Origin: Acidimicrobiales bacterium
GTDB taxonomy: Bacteria; Actinomycetota; Acidimicrobiia; Spongiisociales; ZC4RG35
Direction of reading: 5' to 3'
Assembly: GCA_024103415.1 (NCBI GenBank)
Contig: JAGFIR010000193.1
Coordinates: forward strand, 1-55,539
Length of the DNA stretch: 55,539 bases
In this document: positions 35,904-44,264 of the stretch, in pieces
Layout: each line of letters begins with the position of its first letter
Numbering within the stretch: the first letter of the stretch is position 1
Made by a program: the position numbers and the translations under genes
The notes under the pieces: generated by a model
Databases searched by the model: none
What the model saw: only the letters and a program-made list of their open reading frames with translations
What the model was told of the DNA's origin: nothing

Positions 35904-38284
35904 CTGCTCTCGACGAGATCAAGATCGGCGGTCTCGGCGCCAGTCGCCGCCGGGTGGAGGACAACCGCTTCATCCGGGGCAAGGGCAACTATGTCGACGA
36001 CATCACCCTGCCGGGGATGCTGCACATGGAGATCCTCCGCTCGCCGGTGGCGCACGCGCGCATCGTCTCCATCGACACCTCCAAGGCCTGGGCGATGCCC
36101 GGTGTCCGTCTGGTCATCACGGGCGAGACGCTGGCCGCCCGCAACCTGGCGTGGATGCCGACCCTGTCGTACGACACACAGGCCGTCCTCGCCACCGACA
36201 AGGTGCGCTTCCAGGGCCAGGAGATCGCGGCGGTCATCGCGGACGACCCCTACACGGCAAAGGACGCCTGCGAGGCGATCGTCGTCGAGTACGAGCCGCT
36301 CCCCGTCATGGTCAACCCCTACCAGGCAATGGAGGACGGGGCGGAGCGGATCCGCGACGACAAGGAGAACCAGCCGGACAACGTGATCTACGACTGGGAG
36401 GTCGGCGACCGCGACGGCACCGAGCGGGCGTTCGCCGAGGCGGACTTGGTCTCCAAGATCCAGCTCCACTATCCGCGGTCCCACCCGTCGCCGATCGAGA
36501 CCTGCGGGTCGATCGCCGACTTCAACCGGGCCACACAGAAGCTCACGGTCTACATGACCACCCAGGCGCCCCACATCATCCGGGCGGCGGTGGCCATGGT
36601 CGCCGAATTGCCGGAGCAGATGATCCGCATCATCGCCCCGGACATCGGCGGCGGCTTCGGGAACAAGGTCCCGGTGTACCCGGGCTATGTGGTGTCGATC
36701 CTGGCATCGATCCTGTTGGAGAAGCCGGTGAAGTGGATCGAGGACCGCACCGGCAACCTGATCTCCACCGGCTTCGCCCGGGACATCTACCTCGAGGGCG
36801 AGATGGCCCTCCGGAAGGACGGGAAGATCCTCGGCGTCCGGATGAACTGCATCGCCGACCACGGCGCCTTCTTCTCGGACGCCCAGCCGTCGAAGTTCAA
36901 GATCGGGCTCCTGCACTCGGCATTCGCCTGTTACGACATCCCGGCGGCGCATCTCACCGCCCGGGGCGTCTACACCAACAAGGCGCCTGGCGGTGTGGCC
37001 TACAGGTGCTCATTCCGGGTCACCGAGGCCATGTTCTTCCAGGAGCGGATGGTGGAGACCGCGGCGATCGACCTGGGCATGGACCCGGCGGAGATCCGCA
37101 GGGTCAACTTCGTCCGGGACGACGACTTCCCGCACCGCACCGCCTTCGGGTTCCTCACCGACTCGGGTCAGTACACGAAGTGCCTCGACCTTGGTCTCGA
37201 GGCGATCGGCTACGACACGTTCCGGCAGGAGCAGGAGGAGGCCCGCAAGCGGGGCCGTCTCCTCGGCATAGGCATCTCCACGATGACCGAGCCGCTGGGC
37301 GCCGGGAACAGCCGGGAGTTCGACATCCTCGGGATCAAGATGTTCGACTCCGCCGAGCTGCGGATCCACATGACGGGGAAGGCACTGCTCCGCACCGGCG
37401 CCCGCAGCCAGGGCCAGGGGCACGAGACCACCTGGGCCCAGATCGTGGCCCACGAGCTCGGCCTTCCCGCCGAGGACGTGACGGTCGAGGAGGGTGACAC
37501 CGACACCGCGCCCTTCGGGATGGGCACATACGCCTCCCGGAGCACGCCGGTGGCCGGCGCGGCCATCTCCATGGCCGCCCGCAAGATCCGGGCGAAGGCG
37601 CGAAAGATCGCGGCGCATCTCCTCGAGGTGTCCGAAGAGGACGTCGAGTGGGAGCTGGGCCGGTTCTATGTGCGGAGCCGTCCTGAGCAGGGCGTGACGA
37701 TCCAGGAAGCAGCCATGGCCGCCTACTCCAACATGCCCGACGGCATGGAGCCCGGTCTGGAGGCCATCGCCTACTACGACCCGCCCAACCTGACGTGGCC
37801 GTTCGCCGCGTACATCGCCAAGGTCGAGGTCGACCCCGAGACCGGTGTCTGGGACGTCCTGCGGATGGTGGCGGTCGACGACTGCGGCGTCCGGATCAAC
37901 CCGATGATCGTGGAGGGCCAGATCATGGGCGGCCTCACCGAGGCCTACGCCATGGCCAGCATGCAGTACATCACCTTCGACGCCGAGGGCAACTGCATCG
38001 GCTCCAACTTCACCGACTACCTCCTGCCGACGGCATGGGAGACGCCGGGGTTCGAGCTCCACGAGGTCGTCACCCCGTGCCCGCACCATCCGATCGGTGC
38101 CAAGGGGATCGGCGAGTGCGCCGCGGTCGGCGGACCGGCGGCGTTCGTCAACGCCGTCATCGACGCGGTCAAGCACCTGGGCGTGAAGAACATCGACATG
38201 CCCGTGCTTCCCGACCGGGTCTACGAGGCGATCAAGACGGGCAAGGACGTGAGCGGAGCGCCCCCGGTGAGGACGGACGGATGA
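35900..38284 (+). CDS. coxL: Form I aerobic CO dehydrogenase large (Mo-Cu) subunit
   Basis: 794 aa from the ATG overlapping the coxS stop (ATGA). The active-site loop VAYRCSFR (36998-37018) is the form I signature. The coxM-S-L gene order is also form I. Confidence 0.88.
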   Translation: MTALDEIKIGGLGASRRRVEDNRFIRGKGNYVDDITLPGMLHMEILRSPVAHARIVSIDTSKAWAMPGVRLVITGETLAARNLAWMPTLSYDTQAVLATDKVRFQGQEIAAVIADDPYTAKDACEAIVVEYEPLPVMVNPYQAMEDGAERIRDDKENQPDNVIYDWEVGDRDGTERAFAEADLVSKIQLHYPRSHPSPIETCGSIADFNRATQKLTVYMTTQAPHIIRAAVAMVAELPEQMIRIIAPDIGGGFGNKVPVYPGYVVSILASILLEKPVKWIEDRTGNLISTGFARDIYLEGEMALRKDGKILGVRMNCIADHGAFFSDAQPSKFKIGLLHSAFACYDIPAAHLTARGVYTNKAPGGVAYRCSFRVTEAMFFQERMVETAAIDLGMDPAEIRRVNFVRDDDFPHRTAFGFLTDSGQYTKCLDLGLEAIGYDTFRQEQEEARKRGRLLGIGISTMTEPLGAGNSREFDILGIKMFDSAELRIHMTGKALLRTGARSQGQGHETTWAQIVAHELGLPAEDVTVEEGDTDTAPFGMGTYASRSTPVAGAAISMAARKIRAKARKIAAHLLEVSEEDVEWELGRFYVRSRPEQGVTIQEAAMAAYSNMPDGMEPGLEAIAYYDPPNLTWPFAAYIAKVEVDPETGVWDVLRMVAVDDCGVRINPMIVEGQIMGGLTEAYAMASMQYITFDAEGNCIGSNFTDYLLPTAWETPGFELHEVVTPCPHHPIGAKGIGECAAVGGPAAFVNAVIDAVKHLGVKNIDMPVLPDRVYEAIKTGKDVSGAPPVRTDG

Positions 38285-39240
38285 GCGCACGAGCCGAGGC
38301 CTGGGAAGTCCTCGAACTGGCCACGGAGATGGCTCGCCAGGGCGAGATGTTCGCCCTGGCGACAGTGGTGTGGCGGCAGGGGCCTTCCTCGGGTCATCAG
38401 GGCTCCCGGGCCATCATCACCCCGGCGGGTGAGATCCACGGCTGGATCGGCGGCGCTTGCGCCGAACCGGTGGTGCTCGGCGAGGCGAGGCGAGCGCTCG
38501 AGGACGGGGAGCCCCGGCTCATCCTCCTCGGCACCCGGGACGCATTCGGCGAGATGCCCGAGGGGATGCTGGTCGTCCCCATGTCGTGTCAATCGGAGGG
38601 CGCCATGGAGGTGTACATCGAACCCGTGCTGCCATCGCCGCAGGTGATCGTCGTGGGCGACAGCCCGATGACGTCCACCCTGGTCGAGATGGCCGGTCTG
38701 CTCGGCTGGAAGGCGCAGCTCGTTTCCGCCACGGAACTGGACCCCAACCAGCTCGGACCGACCTCGGTCGTCGTGGTCGCCACCCAGGGACACGGCGACG
38801 AGGAGGCCGTCGAGGCGGCCGTGCGATCCAAGGCCGGCTTCGTGGGCCTGGTCGCGTCGGCGAGGAGGGCCGAGGCGGTCAAGGGTTACCTTGCCGACAG
38901 GGGAGTGGCCGACGACGCAATCGCCCGGATCAAGGCGCCGGTCGGCGTCGACCTCGGCCACACCAGCCACAAGGAGATGGCGGTGTCGATCCTCGCCGAA
39001 CTGGTCCGCCTCCGGGCGAGTGGCGATCTCTTCGCGGCGGCGCCGCAGCGAGCCCGTCTCCAGATGATCGAGCCGGAGACCGCCATCGATCTGGTCTGCG
39101 GGATGACGGTGGCCGCCGACGAGTCGAGCCGGCCCTACGAGTATGGGGGCACCACCTACTACTTCTGCTGTCCGGGCTGTCGGGCGGCGTTTGTGAAGGA
39201 CCCCGAGTCGTACATCGCGGAGGGCGCGCATGCAGATTGA
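38281..39240 (+). CDS. XdhC-family maturation factor fused to a C-terminal YHS/TRASH-type metal-binding domain
   Basis: ATGA overlap with coxL. N-terminal domain LATVVWRQGPSSGHQGSRAII...GWIGGACAEP, Rossmann part VIVVGDSPM and GLVASARRA...PVGVDLGH. C-terminus DLVCGMTVAADESSRPYEYGGTTYYFCCPGCRAAFVKDPESY. Confidence 0.8.
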   Translation: MSARAEAWEVLELATEMARQGEMFALATVVWRQGPSSGHQGSRAIITPAGEIHGWIGGACAEPVVLGEARRALEDGEPRLILLGTRDAFGEMPEGMLVVPMSCQSEGAMEVYIEPVLPSPQVIVVGDSPMTSTLVEMAGLLGWKAQLVSATELDPNQLGPTSVVVVATQGHGDEEAVEAAVRSKAGFVGLVASARRAEAVKGYLADRGVADDAIARIKAPVGVDLGHTSHKEMAVSILAELVRLRASGDLFAAAPQRARLQMIEPETAIDLVCGMTVAADESSRPYEYGGTTYYFCCPGCRAAFVKDPESYIAEGAHAD

Positions 39241-39796
39241 GAACACGTTCGAGGTACCCCAGTCGGTCGAGGAGACCTGGGCGTTCTTCCAGGACATCCC
39301 GGGGGTAGCCGCGTGCCTCCCCGGCGCCAACCTGGACCGCCAGGTGGGCCCCAACGAATACGAGGGCACCGTCACGATCGCGCTCGGCCCGGTGCGCATG
39401 GACTTCGCCGGCCGTGCCGAGATCGTCGAACGGGACGACGCCACCAAGACGATCGTGGTCAGGGCCAACGGCGCCGACAAGAAGGGTCGGGGCCAGGCCG
39501 CTATGGACATCAAGGCTCGGCTCGAGCCGGCGGGTGCTGGGACCAGGGTCCACCTGGGCCAGGACCTGCAGCTGGCGGGCGCCGCGGCCCAGTACGGACG
39601 GGGCATGGTCACCGACGTCAACCGGGTGCTCGTCGAGGACTTCGTGGAAAGCATGAAGGCGACCCTCGCGGGCGAGGCCCCGGGTGCGAAGTCACGCTCC
39701 GCCGGCGGCCTGATCATCGGCCTGAGAGCGATGTGGATGGCCCTGAAGCGGGTCGCCGCACGGTTCTTCCTTCCCTACGACCCGGCCCGAGTTTGA
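39230..39796 (+). CDS. coxG: CoxG-like SRPBCC protein with hydrophobic C-terminal tail
   Basis: MQIENTFEVPQSVEETWAFFQDIPGVAACLPGA...GTVTIALGPVRMDFAG, typical CoxG. The extra C-terminus GGLIIGLRAMWMALKRVAARFF is hydrophobic. 11-nt overlap with the previous gene. Confidence 0.85.
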   Translation: MQIENTFEVPQSVEETWAFFQDIPGVAACLPGANLDRQVGPNEYEGTVTIALGPVRMDFAGRAEIVERDDATKTIVVRANGADKKGRGQAAMDIKARLEPAGAGTRVHLGQDLQLAGAAAQYGRGMVTDVNRVLVEDFVESMKATLAGEAPGAKSRSAGGLIIGLRAMWMALKRVAARFFLPYDPARV

Positions 39797-39808
39797 GGAG
39801 GTGACGGA

Positions 39809-40063
39809 TTGACCTGGTGGTGGATAGGCAACGTGATCCTGGTGGTGGCGGTGGTCCCCGTGCTGGTGGCCCTGCTCAACCGGGTTCTGGCCGCACTGGA
39901 ACGGATCCGGAAGGCCTCCGACGAGATCCTCGATGGCGGGGTCGGGATCATCGAGGAAGTGGACCGGGTGCCCCAGCTCCTGGACACGACGGACAAGACC
40001 ATCGCCGAAGTGGCGAACGGCGCCGTGAGGTACGCCGGTTCGGTCGCCAAGCTGCTGGATTGA
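39809..40063 (+). CDS. Small single-pass membrane protein P1 (84 aa), member of a 5-gene tandem paralog array
   Basis: TTG start after 'gaggaggtg'. TM WWWIGNVILVVAVVPVLVALL, then the helical tail NRVLAALERIRKASDEILDGGVGIIEEVDRVPQLLDTTDKTIAEV. Confidence 0.7.
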   Translation: MTWWWIGNVILVVAVVPVLVALLNRVLAALERIRKASDEILDGGVGIIEEVDRVPQLLDTTDKTIAEVANGAVRYAGSVAKLLD

Positions 40064-40076
40064 GAGGGGAGGAGCT

Positions 40077-40304
40077 TTGCCAGCTGCAGCAATAGTGACC
40101 CTGGTGATCGGCGGGCTGATCATCGCCGCCGCCGCCATCGGGCTGATCCGGGTCATCGGTCACCTCCGGGCGACCCTGGCCACCCTCGACGCCCTCAACG
40201 GTGGCGTCCAAGTGATCGCCGATCGGACCGCCCCGGTGGCGCCGGTCGTCGAGTCGGTCAACACCAGCTTGAAGCCCGTCAGCGATTTCGCCGAGTCGAT
40301 CTGA
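40077..40304 (+). CDS. Small single-pass membrane protein P2 (75 aa)
   Basis: TTG start after 'ggggaggag'. TM IVTLVIGGLIIAAAAIGLI, tail RVIGHLRATLATLDALNGGVQVIADR... It aligns with P1 (L-x-R-V-[LI]..L...D.L-[DN]-GGV-x-[IV]-I). Confidence 0.7.
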   Translation: MPAAAIVTLVIGGLIIAAAAIGLIRVIGHLRATLATLDALNGGVQVIADRTAPVAPVVESVNTSLKPVSDFAESI

Positions 40305-40314
40305 GGAGGGGGAG

Positions 40315-40575
40315 ATGCTGTTTCCAACAACCGCAGACGCCCCCTGGCTGGTCGGCTTCCTGATCGGCATCGCCATCGTCCTGGTGGTGGTGGCGCTCGT
40401 CCTGCCGATCCTGGTGCTCGCCAAGCGCATCGGTGATCGGGCCGGGTCGATCAACGCAGGTCTGGAGCGGGCGGTGGAGCACACCGCGGCGCTCAAGGGC
40501 CTGGAGCAAACGAACACGATGGCCATCAACGTGATCCAGGGTCTGGAGCGCGGCCGGAAGCGACTGGGAGGATGA
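40315..40575 (+). CDS. Small single-pass membrane protein P3 (86 aa)
   Basis: ATG after 'gaggaggggga'. TM WLVGFLIGIAIVLVVVALVLPILVL followed by a helical tail. Confidence 0.7.
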   Translation: MLFPTTADAPWLVGFLIGIAIVLVVVALVLPILVLAKRIGDRAGSINAGLERAVEHTAALKGLEQTNTMAINVIQGLERGRKRLGG

Positions 40576-40865
40576 CCGTGGTCTTCGGATTGACAGAAAC
40601 TCAAGAGTCGCTCTGGATGACCGCCAACATCCTGGGCCTGATCGTGGTGGTGGCGGTGGCTGCCCTGCTCACGATCCTCGTGATGCTGGTGCGGAAGATC
40701 GAGCAGAGGGTCGAGACCATCAAGACGACCCTCAGGGCAGCGGAGGCGAACACCGCTGACGCCGCTCTGCTCGACACGACCGCGAGGGGCGTGGATCTGG
40801 TGCTGGTGGAGGGCCTGGAGCATCACCTGTTCCTGGGCCGGGTCCTGGACAAGGTGCGCAAATGA
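40572..40865 (+). CDS. Small single-pass membrane protein P4 (97 aa)
   Basis: ATGA overlap with P3. TM ANILGLIVVVAVAALLTILVML. The tail contains LLDTT, as in P1. Confidence 0.7.
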   Translation: MTVVFGLTETQESLWMTANILGLIVVVAVAALLTILVMLVRKIEQRVETIKTTLRAAEANTADAALLDTTARGVDLVLVEGLEHHLFLGRVLDKVRK

Positions 40866-41224
40866 GGAACCTCATCATCTTCACGGTCGTCGACATCGTC
40901 CTGCTCATCGCCGGGCTGGCGGTCTATCTCTGGATCGTGGGATCGCAGTTGAAGCGGGTCGCCGCCGGTCTGGAGGAGTGCCGCGACCTGGTGAGCCAGA
41001 TCCGGGCCAACGCCGAGCCGATCGAGGCCAACCTGGAGCACATCAACCACACCGGCAGGGTCATCGCCGGTGCGTTGCCACTGCTCTACGACATGGCCGA
41101 GGGAATCGTCAGCGGTGCCACCTTCGATCCCGAAGAGGCGCATGCCGAGCGGGGTCCCGCTCTCCCGGCGTCGGGCACCCGGCGTTCCCGGCTTCTCGAC
41201 AGCGTCGGTTACCACCCGGAATAG
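40862..41224 (+). CDS. Small single-pass membrane protein P5 (120 aa)
   Basis: ATGA overlap with P4. TM LIIFTVVDIVLLIAGLAVYLWIV, a helical tail and a basic/disordered C-terminus. Confidence 0.65.
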   Translation: MRNLIIFTVVDIVLLIAGLAVYLWIVGSQLKRVAAGLEECRDLVSQIRANAEPIEANLEHINHTGRVIAGALPLLYDMAEGIVSGATFDPEEAHAERGPALPASGTRRSRLLDSVGYHPE

Positions 41225-41230
41225 CGCGGC

Positions 41231-41436
41231 TTATCGGGATTTCTCCCCCACGTAGCGGTCAGCGGAGTGGGGGAGTACCCCGTTAGGGGGAGGGGGCGCG
41301 GCCCGAAGGGCGGCAAGGAACCCACCGCCGGCGGCGGGGTTTATCGGGATCTCTCCCTCACGTAGCGGTCAGCGGAGTGGGGGAGTACCCCGTTAGGGGG
41401 GAGGGGGCGCGGCCCGAAGGGCCGCAAGGAACCCAC
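41231..41436. repeat. Type B GC-rich palindromic repeat, two tandem copies (period 110 bp)
   Basis: 'ttatcgggat(t/c)tctcc(c/t)(c)cacgtagcggtcagcggagtgggggagtaccccgttaggggg(g)agggggcgcggcccgaagggc(g/c)gcaaggaacccac' starts at 41231 and 41341. It sits at the junction of two convergent operons. Confidence 0.85.
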
Positions 41437-41449
41437 GGCTGGCAACCTG

Positions 41450-41500
41450 GCTCGTTCTCTCGACCCCCCTGTCGCGGACGCTCCAGGGGGACAAAGGCCG
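41450..41500. repeat. Solo terminal hairpin related to the type A element arm
   Basis: ccccctg-tcgcggacgctc-cagggggacaaaggcc resembles the right TIR/hairpin of the elements at 24739 and 48043. Confidence 0.5.
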
Positions 41501-41501
41501 G

Positions 41502-41945
41502 CTAATCGCCCGGTTGGCGGCCGGTGGTGAGCGGCCCGGTGGTCGGCGCCTGGTACTGGCCGATCCAGGTGTCCTCCCACGCCGGGTCGTATTGCTCGGC
41601 ATTGCAGCCGGGCCGGTACACCGAGATCAACTCCCGGCAGATCAGCTCCCGGTGTGACCGGGTACCGCCGGGGACCTCGTAGTAGGCGACGTGGAGGGCG
41701 TAGCGATCGGCCCGCTGCAGCCAGCACGGTGCCGCCTCGTGGGCGAACGGGAACCCCGCCTGCGAGAGGTCGTCGGCGTGTCCGACGTAGATGACCCCGT
41801 AGTGCTCCGGCTTCCGCTCCGGCTCGGGCTTGTAGAGGACGGTGAACACGGCCCCGACCTTCGGGGGCGTCCAGCCGGCCAGCAAGCGGGGACCTTCGAA
41901 CGGGTACCCGGCGAGGGACCCGAGTCGGATCACATCGGCTCCCAC
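41502..41945 (-). CDS. Hypothetical 147-aa protein with a possible GIY-YIG-like motif pattern
   Basis: High GC3. AVFTVLYK...YGVIYVGHADDL...R.H.ELICRELISVYRPGCNAEQY loosely fits GIY-(10)-YIG...R...E..LI...P.yN. Last gene of the minus-strand cox accessory operon; the start overlaps the upstream gene by 16 nt. Confidence 0.5.
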   Translation of the reverse strand: MGADVIRLGSLAGYPFEGPRLLAGWTPPKVGAVFTVLYKPEPERKPEHYGVIYVGHADDLSQAGFPFAHEAAPCWLQRADRYALHVAYYEVPGGTRSHRELICRELISVYRPGCNAEQYDPAWEDTWIGQYQAPTTGPLTTGRQPGD

Positions 41946-42229
41946 TCGTAGTCGATCTCTTCATCCTCCCGGATGGTCTCGATCTGGGTGATCGGCCACA
42001 CCGGGAGCCCGGCGGTATGAACCGCATGGTTGAAGATCTCCACGGCGCGCTGTGCCGCCTCCTCGGAATCCGCGCCTTCGACGATGATCTGGGCCCCGTA
42101 GGACGCGGTCCCCATCCCCGATGCGATCCCGCCCGCCGTGGCCACGGCGTCGGCCAGTTCGACCACCTCGTCGAGTTCGATGATGCGGTCGCCCTCCGCC
42201 ATGATCGAGACACTCCAGCGGTGGGTCAT
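41930..42229 (-). CDS. Hypothetical 99-aa acidic protein
   Basis: Internal ATG (MTHRWSVSIMAEGDRIIELDEVVELADAV...) of ORF 41930..42502. ATGA overlap with the coxE-like stop. High GC3. Confidence 0.55.
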   Translation of the reverse strand: MTHRWSVSIMAEGDRIIELDEVVELADAVATAGGIASGMGTASYGAQIIVEGADSEEAAQRAVEIFNHAVHTAGLPVWPITQIETIREDEEIDYEWEPM

Positions 42230-43377
42230 CGCAGCTCCGGAAGGTGCTCGGCGAATGACTCGAGACTCGCCAGGTCGTGCCCCGATGTGATCAGGTCGAC
42301 ATGCGGGGCCGCCACCATCATCCCGAGCGTCGACGGGACGAAGTTGCGGTCGGCCCCCTTGTGGGGGTTCACCCACACGATCTTGTGACTGAGTCGGCTC
42401 ATCTTCTCCATGGCTCGGGCCAGCAAAGCAGGATCTCCGCGATCCAGCCCGTCGGAGCAGATGACGACGACTGCCCCCCGGCTCATGCCCTTGCGACCCC
42501 ACCCCCTCACGAAGTCGTCGAGTGACCGGCCGATCTGGGTGCCGCCCTCCCAGTCGAACACCGACCGGGCGGCATCGTCGAGAGCGTCGTCGACCCGTCG
42601 CCGCTCCAGGGACTTGGTGATGCGGGTGAGCCGGGTGCCGAAGCAGAACACCTCGACCCGATGGGCGGCTTGCTTGGTCGAATAGGCGAACTGGAGCAGG
42701 GCACGGGAGTAGTCCGCCATCGACCCGGACACGTCGAGGATCAGGACCAACGGTCGGACCTTCCGCCGCCGTCGCCGCCAGTAGAGCTCGGGTGGCGCTT
42801 CGAGTGACCGCATCGCCGTGCGCGCGGTGCGACGCATGTCCGGTCGGGAGCCCGCCGGCGCCTTCTCGGTCCGCCGGGATCGGCGGGTCGGCGGCACCAT
42901 CCGGACCTTTTTCATGATCCGCCTGATGGCCGCCATCTCCTCTTCGGTGCAGGCGGCGAACGACTTGTTCCGCCAGATCTCCACCCGGGAGGCCACCAGC
43001 CCCATGTGGGTGCCCTCTTCTTCGTCGCCGGGCTCGGGCGGGACCACGTCGGGCACGTCGACGTCGATCTGACGGACGACCTGGGCGTGCTTGCGCATCA
43101 ACTGCCGGATCTCGTCGGGCATGGGGGACCCGTCGCCGAGGAAATACTCCCGGAACACCCGGTCATAGGTGGCCAGGTGCTGGCGGCGGGCGACGAGGGT
43201 TGTCCGCCCCGCCCAGAAGACGTCCACCAGATCGGCGGGGTCGAGGATGGCGACCGCGTCGCAGAACGTGAGCATCTCGCCCGAGCCCACCGGCATGCCG
43301 GCCTTGCGGAGGACGTCACCAAAGCCCGTCAGCGACGCGACGTACTCGCGTGCCGGGAGGGTGCCCTGGTCAGCCAT
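42226..43377 (-). CDS. coxE: VWA-domain CoxE-like protein (copy 1)
   Basis: Internal ATG (MADQGTLPAREYVASLTGF...). VWA MIDAS LVLILDVSGSM near the C-terminal half. 8-nt overlap with the upstream MoxR gene. Confidence 0.8.
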   Translation of the reverse strand: MADQGTLPAREYVASLTGFGDVLRKAGMPVGSGEMLTFCDAVAILDPADLVDVFWAGRTTLVARRQHLATYDRVFREYFLGDGSPMPDEIRQLMRKHAQVVRQIDVDVPDVVPPEPGDEEEGTHMGLVASRVEIWRNKSFAACTEEEMAAIRRIMKKVRMVPPTRRSRRTEKAPAGSRPDMRRTARTAMRSLEAPPELYWRRRRRKVRPLVLILDVSGSMADYSRALLQFAYSTKQAAHRVEVFCFGTRLTRITKSLERRRVDDALDDAARSVFDWEGGTQIGRSLDDFVRGWGRKGMSRGAVVVICSDGLDRGDPALLARAMEKMSRLSHKIVWVNPHKGADRNFVPSTLGMMVAAPHVDLITSGHDLASLESFAEHLPELR

Positions 43378-44257
43378 CGACCGCGATCCGGTCGAGCGCT
43401 CCCAACACGGTCTGCATGTCGTCGTGGTCCTTGACCACCGCTCCCAGGGTGTCCCGGATGGACTCCTTGTCCGGATCGTCGACACCGAGCACCGACATCG
43501 TCTCCACCCAGTCGAGGGTCTCCGCCACCCCGGGCGGCTTGTCCAGCTCGAGCGACCGCAGACGGTTGACCATCTCCACGATCTTCCGCGCCAGCGTCTC
43601 GGTGGTCGCGGGAGCCCGTGTCATCACGATCTCGACCTCGCGTTCGGGGTCGGGGTAGCCCACCCAGTGATAGAGACAGCGACGCTTCAGCGCGTCGTGC
43701 AGCTCCCGGGTGCGGTTGGAGGTGAGCACCACGAGCGGGGGTGCCTCTGCGGCCACCGTTCCCAGCTCCGGGATCGTGATCTGGAAGTCGGAGAGCAACT
43801 CGAGCAGGAAAGCCTCGAACTCGTCGTCCGCCCGGTCGATCTCGTCGATGAGGAGGACGGCGCGGTCCCCCCTCCGGATGGCGGCGAGGAGGGGGCGCTC
43901 GAGGAGGAACTTGGGACCGAACAGCTTGTCGACCGACTCGTCGGTGGCGAGCTCCGCCTCGGAGAGCGCCCGGATCTGCAGCATCTGCCGGGCGTAGTCC
44001 CACTCGTAGAGGGCCTGGTTGGTGTCGATCCCCTCGTAGCACTGGAGGCGGATCAGCTCGCGGTCGAGCACCGACGCCAGCGCCTTGGCCAGCTCCGTCT
44101 TCCCGACACCGACCTCGCCTTCCAGCAGGAGGGGCTTGCCCAGGGTCAGCGAGACGTACGCGGCGGTGGCCAGACCGCGGTCGGCGAGGTACCCGCCGGT
44201 CTCGAGCAGGCGGGTGAGGTCGGAGACGGACGAGAGGGAGGCGTTCTCGGGGGCCAC
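43370..44257 (-). CDS. coxD: MoxR-type AAA+ ATPase, CoxD-like (copy 1)
   Basis: Walker A LLEGEVGVGKTELAKALA, IRLQCYEGID, Walker B VLLIDEIDRADDEFEAFLLE. Confidence 0.85.
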   Translation of the reverse strand: MAPENASLSSVSDLTRLLETGGYLADRGLATAAYVSLTLGKPLLLEGEVGVGKTELAKALASVLDRELIRLQCYEGIDTNQALYEWDYARQMLQIRALSEAELATDESVDKLFGPKFLLERPLLAAIRRGDRAVLLIDEIDRADDEFEAFLLELLSDFQITIPELGTVAAEAPPLVVLTSNRTRELHDALKRRCLYHWVGYPDPEREVEIVMTRAPATTETLARKIVEMVNRLRSLELDKPPGVAETLDWVETMSVLGVDDPDKESIRDTLGAVVKDHDDMQTVLGALDRIAVDG

Positions 44258-44264
44258 GGATGGC

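Noticed and set aside
41341-42213. 290-aa ORF on the minus strand spanning the type B repeats and the two small ORFs
   Set aside because: It reads through the palindromic repeats in a frame that gives Arg/Pro/Gly-rich sequence. The alternative frames give compact ORFs with overlap coupling to coxE.
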